Shown here one piece after another: positions 1 to 63,950 of a stretch of DNA of 64,000 nt; the stretch's first letter is position 1, and every line of letters begins with the position of its first letter. The DNA lies in the NCBI RefSeq assembly GCF_018350175.1, contig NC_058368.1:124002001-124066000 (forward strand), given 5' to 3'. A model generated the notes under the pieces. It had not been told where the DNA came from, made no database searches, and saw only the letters and a program-made list of their open reading frames with translations. The position numbers and the translations under genes were made by a program. The DNA is from Felis catus. Taxonomy: Eukaryota.

Positions 1-535
1 GACAGGCATCTTATATTGACATTTAATTTTAAGGTATATTATTCCATGAATGTCTTTGCACTAAAGATAATTTTAGTAAGATTCAACATTTAAAAATTTT
101 ATGAAATATTACTGATAGATCCTTTTAAAATTAATTTTAGAGACATATCTGTATGTTCCAGAGACACGTAAATCTACGTACAGGTTTTTATTATATGAGA
201 AATCTGAAAGTAGAGTTAAATGAAAGATGTAAAAAAAACTTGCTGAAAATAAAAAATGTTAGAAGAATTTCCTTATTACTGAGATGGGAAAAATTACTAA
301 TTATTGGATTATAATTGAGTAATATTGTCCTCTGGCAAATGAAGAGATTGAAGGTTTTAAAACATTTGATATTTTGAATAGAAAGTATGTAGTGTGTTAT
401 GTTGATATATAGCCCTAGTTTGACCATGTAATATAGAAGAATATATGACATCTGAGATGCTATAACGTTGGCTGACATTTTACCTTAGTTAATTGACACA
501 AGGCAGAAATTGTTACCCAACCCATGTGAGTTTTT

Positions 536-754
536 AAAAAAAAATTTTTTTTTTAACATTTATTTATTGAGAGACAGAGAGACACAAAGCATGAGCAGGG
601 GAGGGGTAGAGAGAGGGGGAGACAGAATCTGAAGTAGGCTCCAGGCTCTGGGCTGTCAGTGCAGAGACTGATGTGGGGCTCGAACTCACAAACTGTGAGA
701 TCATGACTTGAGCCAAAGTCGGTTGCCTAACCAACTGAGCCATCCAGGTGCCCC
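536..754 (-). mobile_element. SINEC (tRNA-derived carnivore SINE)
   Basis: Full consensus; TSD CCAACCC(A/G)TGTGAGTTTTT. Confidence 0.93.
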
Positions 755-944
755 CCAACCCGTGTGAGTTTTTATTCAGTATTTATATTTATAGTTCTGT
801 GTAGTTTATCCTGTATTAAAGGGGCATCATAACAAGTAGCACTTGTTTTGCTGTTTTTTGCCCTTTCTCTTTTGGTTTGTTTACCACAGAGATACAGGTA
901 ATTGTTTTCAGAAATTTGCAAGTTTAATTTTCTATTTTGTATAG

Positions 945-50763
<49,819 letters not shown>

Positions 50764-50984
50764 AGCTAAAACATCCTTCAAGTTTGTGGTACAGTTTTGA
50801 TGCAGAGAAGAAAATAGTTTTGATTTTTGAGTTTAACAGAAGTGCAAAACCTGACACTCTAGTATCTTCTGTCCTTCGGTTCTTATTCCTACCCTTAAAA
50901 AAAAAATTCTTGCTGATTAGTTATGTGAAATACTAAAAATTAACAACATTGCAGTTACTGATATAAATGGTGTTAACTGGAAAG

Positions 50985-50990
50985 ATTAAA
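50985..50990 (+). terminator. Candidate proximal poly(A) signal ATTAAA in the DDX4 3' UTR
   Basis: ATTAAA about 220 nt after the stop, followed by T/GT-rich sequence. Confidence 0.45.
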
Positions 50991-51356
50991 GCATTCTGAA
51001 TGTCTTGCTTATTTCTAGCGTATTCTTCAGGGGTTTTAAACATGTTTCATGTCTAAATACATAGTCTTAGTGTGGTGTTTATTGATCCTAAAACAAGCAG
51101 TAGGATTTATGACAAACTTTTGTTTAGAAACTGAGTCTCCTTTTTTTGCTTAAAAAGGAGCCTTTAAAGCAGTAGTGTGTCACTGAAATATGGTAACATG
51201 ATTTTCATGTAACAGACAGTGAAAGACATAAGCCTTTTAAGGTGATTTTGACTTTAGGTCATCACATATGTGATGAAAATTGTTAAATGCAATGTGAACT
51301 CTGTACACAATGATGTAACAAATGTTTGTTTTTATTCTATACAGACTTTCCTTGAA

Positions 51357-51362
51357 AATAAA
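51357..51362 (+). terminator. Candidate distal poly(A) signal AATAAA of DDX4
   Basis: First AATAAA seen after the stop, with upstream TGTA motifs and a downstream T-rich tract. Confidence 0.65.
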
Positions 51363-52404
51363 GGATGAAACACTTTGCCCCCTTAGTTTTCTAACAGTAT
51401 TTAAAATTTTTCTTTGTTGCATATCATAGTTCTCCTGTATTTTGAAATTTTGAGCCTTGTAAAATCAATGAAGTGAACAAGGCATTGCATAAATTAAATA
51501 TTATTGTATGATATACATTCATACACAAATGTAATAGTGAAAATAATTATTTGAAATCAAACTATATCAACAAAAAACAATACTGTTCACTTTTGCCACA
51601 ATTAATTTTTTGATATTTTAAGAATAATGAGGGAAAGAATCTTTTTTTTTCATTTACTAATATATATCTTAAATATGTCTAGAATGTAAGTAGTTCTTAA
51701 TAAATCATTAAGTAAATGAACCAAAACATTAAGACATGGAACAAGTAAGAATTAGGGAGACAAAAAATTAACCATTACAAATGTTTGTTATCATTAACTT
51801 AAAATATCCAAAGCAACATGTCCTCAACATATATCTTGTTACATGAATTTGGTTTATAATTAAGGCATCACACATGAAAAGAGAAGGTCTGTTTAACACA
51901 TGTTTTTAGGATTAGATACCTACCCCATGCCATATTCAATATCAGTTCCATGTGCATTTCTAAAAGTAATTTACTTTTACATTTACTACAAAAAATACAG
52001 TTAAGTATGAAAGCTTTGAATTGGGGATGAGAGTTGAGTTAAAACTCAGAAGTCAGAAATCCCAAAGGATTTGTGCACAAAAGGATGAGTTGCTTATTTA
52101 ACGAGTAAACAACAAAGAAAAATACGACTACAATGATTACAGTGACTACAATGGATTATCAGTGAGTAGTTCATGATAATGTGGATATGTAGGAATACCA
52201 TTAGAGGAATGCACAAAGAACAGACAACTCAAGGGAAGTTCAAGTAATGAAAATATGGGAAATATTTAACATGTACTGTGTAATCTCATTTCTGGGAAAG
52301 GTTAAATTAAGGAAAGTATTGGTGTCATTACTCATAGTACCTGTGTGTCTTAATTTTCTCCTCCAGTTTGTTTTGTTTACAAAGGGTATTTACAGGCCAT
52401 TTGT

Positions 52405-52617
52405 GTTTTTTGTTTGTTTCTTTTTTAAATGTTTTATTTATTTCTGAGAGAGAGTGTGTGTGCAAGCAGGGGAGGGGCAGAGAGAGAGAGGGAGACACAG
52501 AATCTGAAGCAGGCTCCAGGATCACAGAGCCTGATGCAGGACTGGAACCCACAAACTGTGAGATCATGACCTGGGCTGAATCTGGACACTCAACCGATTG
52601 AGCCACCCAGGCGCCCC
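52405..52617 (-). mobile_element. SINEC
   Basis: Matches consensus. Confidence 0.9.
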
Positions 52618-53904
52618 TTTTTTCTGTTTCTTGAAAGAGCTTTTGGTCATACCTGGCCTGATTGCTTTAAAAATATTTTTGAATTTGCATGATTTGTCAA
52701 ATTACCATAATAGCATTACTGAATCAGTATAAAAAAGGAAATAAAATTGTACCAGTTACAGTATCATTACAAACCCACTGTTAATGTCCCCATGTTCAAT
52801 TACTTTCTGCATTTCTAGGTATACATTTGAATGATTTCTTTAAAATACATCAAAGTAACAGGTACAGGTATGATTAGAAAATAAAATGCTATTGAAGAGT
52901 TTATAATAGGAAGAAGTATTCTGCCTCTTTCTTTCAGATTGCTATTCCACCTCCCATGTTCAATGGTTTCACCATTTCTGGTAGTTGGTATCTTATGTTT
53001 TATTTTTATCTCACCAAGCTGAGATTTCTCTTGGCTTTCTGTATAATGGGTAAAGATTTAACTGACCTCAGTCTTACTTCTTGGGTAATTTTAATATAGT
53101 TATAAGTATACTTTGTGAGGTGATGGTAAAGTCACCCTTTCTCTTCTCTCTGTTAGGGCTTTTACAGTGTATCAACTTCAAACTGTACATTAACATTTCC
53201 ACTCTATTCTAATAACCATAAAGTTTCTCTTTTATATTTATAGGTTGGTTCTAAAATTGGAAATCAACAGGCAGGGTTTACATAAATAAAAACTTAAAAA
53301 ATAAGAAAAACAGAGGAAAATATTGTTTGCTGAATGGACCAATTAACACAGTTTGATTTCCTTTTTTTAAATTTATTTTTCCAATTTTATGATCTCTGTT
53401 GTGTTTCCAGGAAGAATTCTAAATGTCAGGGTCAAATGAAAATTGATCAAAACCATTCCACATACTAATTTGCTTTAAACTTGAATCGTAGTCTCTTTGA
53501 GCAGTTTTACCTTTGAGCAATTTTACCCTTCGTTTTGTCTTTGTTTTTTCTTTCTGGGAGAAGAAACATGCTCTTTTCACCATATCATTACCTTTCTGGG
53601 TTACTGTATTGACTCCAAAAGATACTGATATTTCTACATTTTTTGAGTGGGCTTTTTAATTCTGGCTAGTAGTTGGTGTGTTTAGCAGATCATTCTTTTC
53701 TGGACCTGAAAGTGTTTTGTACATTGTCTCATAATTTTTCCTAAGTTTTCTTTCTTCTGTCTATATCCTATCTCTCATGTGTTTTGTCTTTTGGCTTGCT
53801 ATGTTCTGGTAGAATTTTTACTATTTTTTAACCCTCTGATTTTTAAAAGCAATTTCTTATTTCCAAGGGCAATCTTATTTTCCTCTGTTTTTCTTATTTT
53901 TTAA

Positions 53905-54236
53905 GTTTTTATTTATTTTTTTAATTTTTTTTTTAACGTTTATTTATTTTTGAGACAGAGACAGAGCATGAACAGAGGAGGTTCAGAGAGAGAGAGGGAG
54001 GCACAGAATCTGAAACAGGCTCCAGGCTCTGAGCCGTCAGCACAGAGCCCGACGCAGGGCTTGAACTCACGAACCGTGAGATCATGACCTGAGCTGAAGT
54101 CGGACGCTTACCGACTGAACCACCCAGGCGCCCCAAGTTTTTATTTATTTAATCTGTACACCCAGAATGGGTTCAAACCCACAACCCTGAGATCAAGAGT
54201 TGCAGTGCTCTTCCAACTGAGCCAGCCAGGCACCCC
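53905..54236 (-). mobile_element. Young SINEC (to 54134) inserted in the tail of a short SINEC (54138-54236)
   Basis: Two tandem consensus matches; TSD AAGTTTTTATTT. Confidence 0.9.
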
Positions 54237-54315
54237 TCTTCTGTTTTTTGAAATGTTGCTTAATAGTGAATTTTCTGCTTCACTTAGGAATTTAACCTGA
54301 AAATCTTTTTTTTTT

Positions 54316-54351
<36 letters not shown>

Positions 54352-54504
54352 TTCACCAGTTGTTCTGCTGCTTGGCATCAGAAATCTTAAGCCTTGATCA
54401 GTTTGTAAGTTGTATGTTTATTGAATGCTAGCTTTACTCAGATACAGCGATGTCTACCTTTCCCAGCAGGGCCTACAGGTTAAGTGCTCTTCTGTCTCTC
54501 TAAA

Positions 54505-54524
54505 TTTTTTTTACACGTTTTATT

Positions 54525-54569
<45 letters not shown>

Positions 54570-54745
54570 ACGAATGAATGGATGAGTGGGGGAGGGGCAG
54601 AGTCACAAAGGGACTCAGAATCCGAAGCAGGCTCCAGGCTCTGAGCTGTCAGAACAGGGCACAATGCAGGGCTCTAACTTAGAAGCCGTGAGATCATGAC
54701 CTGAGCTGAATTTGGTGCCCAACCGACTGAGCCACCCAGGAGTCC
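54505..54745 (-). mobile_element. SINEC with long (GA)n
   Basis: Matches consensus; (GA)n at about 54528-54567. Confidence 0.9.
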
Positions 54746-55290
54746 TTGTGTCTCTTTAATTCTACAATCACAGCCTGTTCTCTAGAGAAGGCATAGGTTG
54801 GGATGTGAACAATAAAGCTTAGATTTTCTTTCCTAGAGGCTTGTGCATTTTTAATGAGCCAAAGGCTCTGGCCTAAACCAAAGTAGGAAGCTCAAAATGC
54901 GGAATATGAAGCATAATGTGAAAGTTTGGGAATAATGGTGATGCAGTAGCAAATAAAGGTGAAGAGTGGTCCTGATTACAGTTAGGGTAAACTTACGTAC
55001 TTCATCTGTCCCTCTGTTCTTGAAGTGGAGTAGCTATGGCTTTTCTGATTTACGTTTTTCAGCATTGATAACTTTTCTATATAGAGCAGATGCCTTGGTG
55101 GGACGTTTACTCTTCCAACCCTGCCCATAACTTTACACTTACCCAGTTTGCATAGTTAACGGCTTTATTTATCCGATTAATTTGGGAGAAGGCAGCTTTT
55201 CATTTTGGTTGGTTTGTGTGCTCTTCACAGATTTTTAAATGTGTTGAAGATAGGGTACCTATCTAGTCTTTAAGTTCTGAGAGCCCTTTT

Positions 55291-55810
55291 TCAGTCGCTC
55301 GCCAGCATGCGGCTGCTATCTGTGGTGGGCAGACGTTGCTCTTGCTTGCTATCGGCATGATCCCCTCCTGCCCCCTCCCCACGCCCCGCGCCGCTCCCTG
55401 CCCTTTCGCACCCCTTGCCTAACTGCGTGCCTAATACATCTTTTGTAAATATTAGCCCAGCATTGTGCCCCGAGATCCTGAGGAAAAGAGCTCTCAGCAT
55501 CCAACCAGGAGAGAGCCGACCCTGGGCACGCAGGCGGCGGTGGCCACTGTGAAGCTGCCGGTGCTGCGAAGCAGTTTCCGCCTGCGTCCGGGCTTCTGGA
55601 GGCGGCTCCCAGGTGCGGCCCCAACCTGTGGTTCTTCCGCTCTCCAGGACCTGGCAGAGCTCATTCCGAGGCCCGGAAATGACAGCTAGCGAGGGCGTGG
55701 GGCAAAGGAGCCTTCGGGTGGAGTAGGAGGCTGGCCTGAAGGAACCCAGGGGGCTGAACCGCAACGGAAGGGTGCCTGCATGGGCGACGGGTGCACTGGA
55801 GGTGGGATGG
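55291..55810. promoter_or_regulatory. CpG-rich island, promoter-like
   Basis: Abrupt GC/CpG-rich non-repeat block in AT-rich DNA; GC boxes (CCCCTCCCCACGCCCCGC about 55371-55388, GGGCGTGGGG 55693-55702). Confidence 0.75.
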
Positions 55811-57409
55811 CACTGTAGGCTGTCCTTGGACTTTCCCTTTAGCATTCCTAAACTTTCTGGATCACATCTACAGAGCCCAATTGTACATTAAATCTTAGGG
55901 CTCTTATCAGCCTCTCTCAAGTCCACTTATACCCCCCACCCAAAGGGTTCAGAACAGCAGATTTAAGACTCCTACTCTAGAGAATATACGGTAGTGCCAT
56001 GAGGAATTCATGTCAAGAGAGGACAGTACAGACGCTGAAATAGAAGTGAGCAAATGATGTGGCCTCAAGTTTGGGGGCTGGAGATTCAGGTAAATTCCTT
56101 AATCCTTTAAATGATTGATTGTTTTGCTGTAATTTAGGGAATAATTTTCAAATCATCAAAGTGGGGTATTGGAATTTACTTTTCTGTGGGGGTTTTTGAG
56201 TGTGAGAATTCGTAAAAGGATTTTTTGTCTCCATCACTTAGTGTGTTCTGCAGCTGGAGTCTAATGTGTTTGTGGGATTCTTTTTCACTATTCCCAAAGT
56301 CTTGGATATGTCCATTTTAATTTGATTTTTGTCTTCGTTTTGGAAGGGGGGTTACAATGTAGGGGATTAAAACATTTTCAACAGAAATCCAAACACTTTA
56401 TTTAAAAGCTTACATGTGTTGGAGGAGTAGCTCTTATATAGGAAGGTAGGCATGATGCTTCAAAATAAATAACTAGTTGGAGTAACCTTAACATTGGCTT
56501 TATTTGTTGACATGTGGTGCCTAGTGCTATCAGTGATCTGCTTTAGGCCTTGGTTTGCTTATATATAAAAATAAGACAATAACTGGGTTTTTTTCCATGT
56601 TCATCTCTAATCAATGAAGAAGTCACACAATGCATGCATTAAAGTGTTTTTTAACAGAGGCAGTCTGAAGACTGTGTAAGAATGCAGAGTATCATAGCTA
56701 AATGTTGGTATAGTTGTATTTTGATGTTCAAGTCTTATTCTAGTATTGCACTAGCTGCTTTATCAGTGTTAAATGTATAGTTGAGAAACAAGTCAGATCA
56801 CATCTGCAGCTATAGTGGTTGGATATCCTTATAAATATTACATGGGCATGAGTGATGCTTGTTAATTGACTGTTCTGGCATCTTTATACTTCATCTTTTC
56901 ATTTTTTCATCGTCCTTTAGATGTTCCACCACTGAAGATTTATTCATGATAATTCACACGTGGTAATGAGCCAGTGTGTTCTTGCCAGGTAAATGTAATG
57001 CAGGTTCTGACAGTTTCATCTTAAAATGTTTGTTGTTTTTCTGAATTATATTACTGGGTTACCAGTCATCTGTGTTTGTAGAAAGTTTGGTTCCAGTAAT
57101 TTTTTTTCAATTCTGAAAACAGAAGTATTGTTGATATAGTGTCACAAAGTTAATACCACCATTTGATATAGAATGCAGTACCAAAACAAGTACAGTTTAT
57201 CATAGTGTGGGTATTAGATATAAAATACATAGAGTGATGCTGATTGCCTATTTAAACAAAGTTCTAAAGAGACCTTGTAGTTTTCTCATCTGTGTATATA
57301 ATTTGGTAGGAAAATGAACCCTACTGTAGTGAAAAGACTCAAACTGACCTAAGTTCAAACCCAGCTCAACAACTTACTAATAATTGTGTGCTCTGAAACA
57401 AGTTAACTT

Positions 57410-58140
57410 TTTAATTTTTGAACTTGAAACAAAATTTACATATAATCAGAGACACAAATCTTAAGTATATGGCTTAAATTTTTACTGCATATATTTCTAA
57501 ACATCACCCAAATCAAGATATCTATCACTTCTATGACCTTCTTGCCCCTTTCCAGTTGAATTGCTGCCCAGAGGTTATAACTATTCTGATTTTTGTTACC
57601 ATAGTTAGATTTGCCTGTTCTTGAACTTGATATAAATGGAATCATAGAGCTTGCCCTGTTTTGTGTCTGGCTTTTTGTCCAACGTAAAACCTGGGAAATT
57701 TATCCATGTTGGTTTGTGTATCACTAGTTTGTTCATTTTTTTTATTCTGTCATATGAATACATTACAAATTATTTTTCCAGTTTCTTGTTGATGGGCATT
57801 TCACTTGTTCACTATTTTTTATGAATAAAGTGCCAATGAATATTGTGCAAGTCTTTTGGTACATAAGCACTCAATTCTCCTAGGGGTGGAATTGCTGGGT
57901 CATAAAGTAGGTATGTGTTTAACTTTATTAGAAACAGCCAAAGAGTTTTCTAAAGTGGTTGTACTATTTAACGTGGCCACCAGCATTTTAACACTATTTC
58001 ATTTGCTCAACATCCTCACTATCACTTAGTATTGCCAGTATTACTATTTCTAGCTATTAATGTGGTTTTAATTCATATTTACCTGGTGGTTAGTGATGTT
58101 GAGTGCCTTTTCATATGCCTCTTGGGTATATTTGTGTCTC
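57410..58140 (-). mobile_element. Old L1M 3' fragment
   Basis: tataaatggaatcatag, ggaattgctgggtcata, gtgatgttgagtgccttttcatatg. Confidence 0.75.
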
Positions 58141-59477
58141 TACACCTGTTTACATTTCTACCTAGTCAGGTTTTGCAAACCATATACCATGAGTGGTATA
58201 AGAGAGTGGAGAAAAAAATGGAATTAAGAGAGATGGGGTGCTATCTTGCTCAATAGTGACAGCAAGATATGTGGAAGTGTTTTGTCCTTAGGCTAAATAA
58301 CAGTCCTTTGGGTCACTGACTCTATCTATTAGGGTGACCCTACCTATTGCTAACCCCTAAAACTTCAGTGACTTACGATAGATTTACTTTTTTTTGCCCA
58401 CCTTGACTGTCTAAGGAGCGTATTCCCAGTAGGTAGGTTGCCTCTCAACTATTTACTTAGAATTCCAGGATTCTTCCATCATGTAGATCTGTAATCTTTG
58501 ATACATGGCTTACAAGGTCTTTATGCTTCTCTTCATCAAGCTAGAGAACGGAAGAGAGTGGAGGCAGAGGAAGGAGGACAAGGACATATGGAAGATTTTG
58601 ATGGGTCAGGCAAGGAAATGGCATATACATCTCTTTTCACATTCTACTGTTGAGAACTTAATTGAATGTAACTGTAAGGGAGCTCGGAAAAGTAGTCTTC
58701 TTCTGTGTGCCCAGGAAGCTGGGAATCAGCCAGCAGTCTCTGCCAATACTGATGAAATGATATGCTCTCAGGAATAGTCAACCGATTTCTGTATTAAACT
58801 GAGTCAGGACAAAAACTAACTTCTTGATATCCTTCAAATAGCAATGAATCTATGTAAACTTATAAATAAGGCATTTCTCATTCTTTTTGTGTACCCTCAC
58901 AGTGCTGTAGGAGTTGGAGAATGACCATTAGAAGTACAGATAATGATAATGAGTCCATTATGTGATGGTTAAAATACTTTGTTGAAAGCTCTTTTCCATT
59001 TTATTTATTTAATATGTCATATTTGTAAAATAAATGTAATTTAGAATAAGGTAATTACTTTGTCCTTTAGTAATATTTCAGGACTTTGTGATTTTAAAAC
59101 TTTAAAAACCCCTTAAACCATTTTTTTTGAGACTTAATAGAAAATGACTCCTGATACTGTCCTTGTGGAAATGCAAAGCTCTTTGATACTTTCCCTTAAG
59201 TTTCTAAGATGATCCTAATATGTTGGAGTTGCTGAGTCATTGCCCTGTTCTTCTTTTATTAAGTTCTAAACCAGTAAGACATAGATTGCCTTGAATCATC
59301 TAAGCCCTGGGTCAGCAGTCTTTCTAGCTCTTAAGAGTCCAGTGCACATCATTGTTAGAAGGAGTAGGGAGAAGAAAACAAGGGAAGAAAGAAGGGAACA
59401 GAAAGAAAATGCGTGTATGCAGTAGAGTTTCTTAAGTTGTTCCGTGTTTAAGCTTTTATGGGCAAAGTATTGCTCTA

Positions 59478-60110
59478 CAGCAGTCCTGTACTTTAGAAAT
59501 ATAATGTGAGCCATATATGTAATCAGTATATCCCAAATATCATTTCAACATTTAATCTTTATAAGAATTAGATATTATAAATTTTCTTTGTACTAAATCT
59601 TTGAAATCCACTACACCATATTATAATTACCTCATATCTCATTAAATTTTTTTTTAATGTTTATTTATTTTTGAGGGAGTGAGATAGAGTGCAAGTGGGA
59701 GAAGGGCAGAGAGAGAGGGAGATCCAGAATCCGAAGTGGGGTCCTGGCTCTGAGGTGTCAACACAGAGCCTGATGCGGGGCTCAAACTCATGAGCCGTTA
59801 GATCATGACCTGAGCCGAAGTTGGATGCTTAACCAACTGAGCCACCCAGATACCCCCACAACTCATTTTAGATGTGGTTTTCATTGGAAATTATTTAGTC
59901 TTTGTAAAATAGACTTAATGTATTAGGATTCACATATGTACTATAGATACCCAAGTTGTTCCAAACATACTTAGAAAAGTTTCCAGTAGGTGAGACAATT
60001 CTCAGATTTTAATTTTAATTAGATTAAGAATTTAGTTTTTCAGTTGTACTAGCCATGTTTTAAGTACTCAATAGCCACATGTGGCTACTGGCTTCTTGGT
60101 CAACAGTTTA
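59478..60110. mobile_element. MER33-like hAT element interrupted by a SINE
   Basis: aatataatgtgagccatatatgtaat, tactaaatctttgaaatcc, actagccatgttttaagtactcaatagccacatgtggcta. Confidence 0.7.
59646..59857 (-). mobile_element. SINEC
   Basis: Matches consensus. Confidence 0.92.
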
Positions 60111-61842
60111 GCTCTAGAGTATAGACTCAGTTTGAACTGAAAGCTCTAGGAAAGCATGAACTTCTCCCTGGCATTGAAGAGTACTTAAATATTTGTGGTT
60201 TGAAGATATTATCAACCTATTTTAATGTTAGTGGAGTTAGAAAGTGAAGCATAATAAATAAATTAATTGAACAGCTGGAGCGAAGCCAGGCTTCTTTTTC
60301 AAAACTTAATTGCTCCTTAAATTAGCTTTCAGAGTGCAACTATTTAGACCAGAATGGTTACACTTTTTGGAGGATGCCTCTATCCAGCCCAATGGCTATT
60401 AACTGGCCAAATGGCCTATTACTTGTCACAGGTAAACAGTTATGAGGGAAAATACTCAAGTGCCCTTTCTATAACCCACTAGTTAGGATTTGGGGAATAT
60501 AAACCAAAGGAAAATGTGGTCGAAACAATTAAGGTTGAAAGTATGGAAAATAATCCTACATCCCATTCCATGTTACTCTGCAGAGGAAAATAGGTTCTTG
60601 TTATAGAGGCATGCACCTCTAATTTACCAAAAAACAAAACAAAACAAAAAACCACAAAAACAAAAACAAAATCCCACAAAACCCTAACCTGGAAAATGTT
60701 CCTTAGTGTTAGAAAAGGACTCTTTATATTCTTTGATAGTGGGAATATTATACTCTAATAGGCATATGTTTTGTCCACTAATTACCCAAATTGTACTAGT
60801 TCAGTGTTCTGAAGATGGTTTCCTTTCACAAAGCCTGCCTTGATTACCATAGTTGAGTTGCTTCCTTCTTTCCTTCAAGTCCTTTCTCATGAAAATAAAA
60901 TATTTTTATCATCCAAATACATATCTACAGTGCTGTGAATTGTTTCCATTGGATAAGTTTTGTCATGTCTAGCACAGCCAAGTCAGTGTTCTCATAAGCG
61001 GCAGTTGCTCAATATTTACTTGAATACACAGAAAAAGAGAACAATCCTGAAATCGTGGCTGATGAGCTTCTTAAGAACCTCTGACTATGGCCATGCTTTG
61101 TGTTGAGATTGCCTGACTGCATTCTGCTGTACTTGACTGATGGCAGAAACTCAGCTGAGCTGCCAGGTATTGGAGTAGTGAATTAAACGAGCCAAAATGA
61201 AAGTGACAGTCAAGCTTTTAGTCACTTATTGCAGTTAAATAAATAGGAGTCTAAACCAGAGAAAAGACTTCCCAGTTCCACTTCTCCCTATGGAATGGCC
61301 TACAGAGTGAGGATCAGATGCATCAGCATGGATATTGGGTGGTGTTGAGTGAGCCACAAACAAAAGCCTTCTGCAGATTTATGGACTGTTGGAGGAAGGA
61401 GGAAGAAGGGCTAGGAGTGAAAAAGTATTCAGTCAGAATGAAGGAGTTTGCCTTACAGTTTTCCCATATAGGGAGACCTCCAAATGGAGTCACCTGGGCC
61501 AGAGTCCTTTATTGCAACAGCTTTCAGAGATTACAGTGTACTGGTTGTACCCCAAACTGGATGTGGGGAGGACAGCTTTCTCCTGTGAGGCCTGCCAGGT
61601 AAATCCTGTGTAATTGCCTGTGGCTGGTCCTGAAATGTCATACAGGTTTTTTTTTTGGTTAGAAGCTGTACTCCTCAAATGGAAAATCACTTCTAAAGAT
61701 TTTAAACTATTTTCATCTATTGCAGGATGTACATGTTCTTACTTTTTAGTATCAGGATGCATTTTACAGTTGATGCCAGCCAGGTAATAGTTGTGATCTA
61801 ATTGTGTGAAACCTTCCATTGACACCTTTGAATAAAATCAAA

Positions 61843-62366
61843 AGTATCTTTTCCCCATTGTGCATTCTTGCCTGCTGTGTTATAGATGAATTGATCATGT
61901 AAGTGTGGGTTTATTTCTGGGCTCTCTGTCCCATTCCATTGACCTATGTCTCTGTTTTTGTGCCAGTACAATCCTGTTTTGATTATTACAGCTTTGTAGT
62001 ATATCTTGAAATATGGGATTGTGATACCTTCAGTTTTGTCCTTCTTTCTCAAGATTGCTTGGGCTTTTCAGGGTCTTTCGTTATTCCACACAAATTTCAG
62101 TATTATTTGTTTTAGTTCCATGAAAAGAGCTATTGGTGTTTTGACAGGGCATTGAATCCGTAGATTGCTCTGGGTAGTATAGACGGTTTAGTGGTTGTAA
62201 GCCTTCCAGTCTATGAGCATGGAGTATTTCTCCGTTAGTTTGTGTCTTCTTGAGTTTCTTTCATCAGTGTTTTTTAATTTTCAAAGTACAGGTCTTTCAC
62301 CTCCTTGATTAAGTTTGTTCCTAGGTATTTCATTCTTTTTGGTGCAATTGTAAATGGGATTGTTTG
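61843..62366 (-). mobile_element. L1 ORF2 fragment
   Basis: ORF 61798..62052 ([27 protein letters not shown]). Confidence 0.9.
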
Positions 62367-63547
62367 ATGAGATGTAGTATCCATTTACATCATTTTATCC
62401 TCATAAACTACCTTTATAGGTCTTGAATTGAGCACCTTATGTCTCCATTTTAGACCTTTTTAATATGTTCTGATCAGTTAGATTGAGGTATAGGGTATAG
62501 AATAGGAAGGGAATATAATGGAACATTCTCAAGCAAAGAGGCTAATGTCTAATTAATCTTTAGTGGTTATTACCCCATATTTTATTATGAGAGCTTCCCA
62601 TTACTAAGTAAGTTATTTCTCAGCCCCCTGACAGGACTAAGTATTCTGTTATATTTTTCTGACCAAAGGCCCTTATCCTGTTAAGGTCAACATAGTCTAA
62701 AAACACTTGTCAAATCTCTGTCCTTTGTTTGTTTGATTTTTTAAATTTTTATTTATTTATTTTTTACTCTCTCATGTTTATATCTTTTCTAGGTATTTTT
62801 TAAACCTCTAACTCTGCCAACCCTTTCTGGATATGACTTGAAATCTTGCTTTGTAGTTTTGGAAAATGAGACATGACTGAAAATGAAACAACCCATTTGG
62901 CTATTTCATGATCCTGAGGGAGATGTGAAGAGACTACATGTGAAAAGGACATTTCACTGTACTCTTTGTCAGGATTGCTGTTTCATAAGCTTTGCCAGGG
63001 CAGAATAAATGAATTAAAGCACGGAATGTTTTCATGGGCTTTTGTAGGATCATCTGGATCCATTTCCTAAAATAGGACTGCTAAGCCTGTTCCAGGATAA
63101 GGTCTGGGGATGATTCTGATGATACCACAGTGGTGTTCCTCTTGACTCTAGTTTGTCTTCAGTGCATTTTGGAAACCAAATCCAAATGGTACATAGAAGC
63201 AGGAAACCAAAGGATCCTGAGGGACCACATGAAGAACATGGTGAGCCAGGACCCTTCTGTAACAGGGAGATCAAATCCTGGGACAATGGCCTCAACAGCC
63301 TCACCTGCCATGTCCTGAACCAGAGTCATTGGAATCCCACTGGAACAAAATGGACTTTGTCTTCCTTCATTTTTGTTACCCCACTTTACTTTTCCCATAT
63401 ATTTCTCCCTTCTAGCACTCACCTTAGCCCTGGGTTATTCTGATAAACACCCTTGCTTAAGAACCACTGGTCATACTTACCTTATAAAGAAATATCACAT
63501 ATAGATAGATGTATATTAATAACTTTCCTGTTTTCTCTCTTGAAATC

Positions 63548-63950
63548 TGTTCGAATTATCACTGCATAATAAATTACCTCCAAACTAAGTGACATAAAAC
63601 CATATTATTTCACCGTTTCTGCTGGTTAGGTTTCAGCATGTAGCTTAGCTAAGTCCTCTGTTTCTGGGTCTTTAACAAAGCTGCTGTCAAGGTGTTACCT
63701 GGGATGTAGTCATCTCAGGGCTGGACTGGGCAAAGATGTGCTACAAAGCTCACTCAAATTTTTCACAAGATTTAGTTCATATCAGGTTGTTGGACTGAAG
63801 ACCTCAGTTTCTTACAGCCTATTGATCAAAGGCTGTCCTGTGAGTTCCTTGCCATGTATGGCTCTCTGTAGCACAGTTCACAACATGGCTGCTAGCTTTG
63901 TCAGGGCAAGTGAGAGGGCAAAAGAGTATGAGAAAGACAGAAGTTAAAGT
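63548..63950. mobile_element. MLT1-type MaLR LTR
   Basis: ctgcataataaattacctccaaactaagtgac, gcttagctaagtcctctg, cacaacatggctgctagcttt. Confidence 0.7.

Noticed and set aside
55291..55845. 184-aa and overlapping ORFs in the CpG island
   Set aside because: No recognisable protein similarity; long frames are expected in GC-rich DNA.
61120..61690. ORFs of 66-94 aa
   Set aside because: No homology recognised; the composition suggests a degenerate LTR, but the family cannot be supported.
63050..63443. Four overlapping ORFs as an exon of the next gene
   Set aside because: No recognisable cytokine-receptor or other protein sequence; probably an old LTR-like repeat or unique DNA that I cannot assign.
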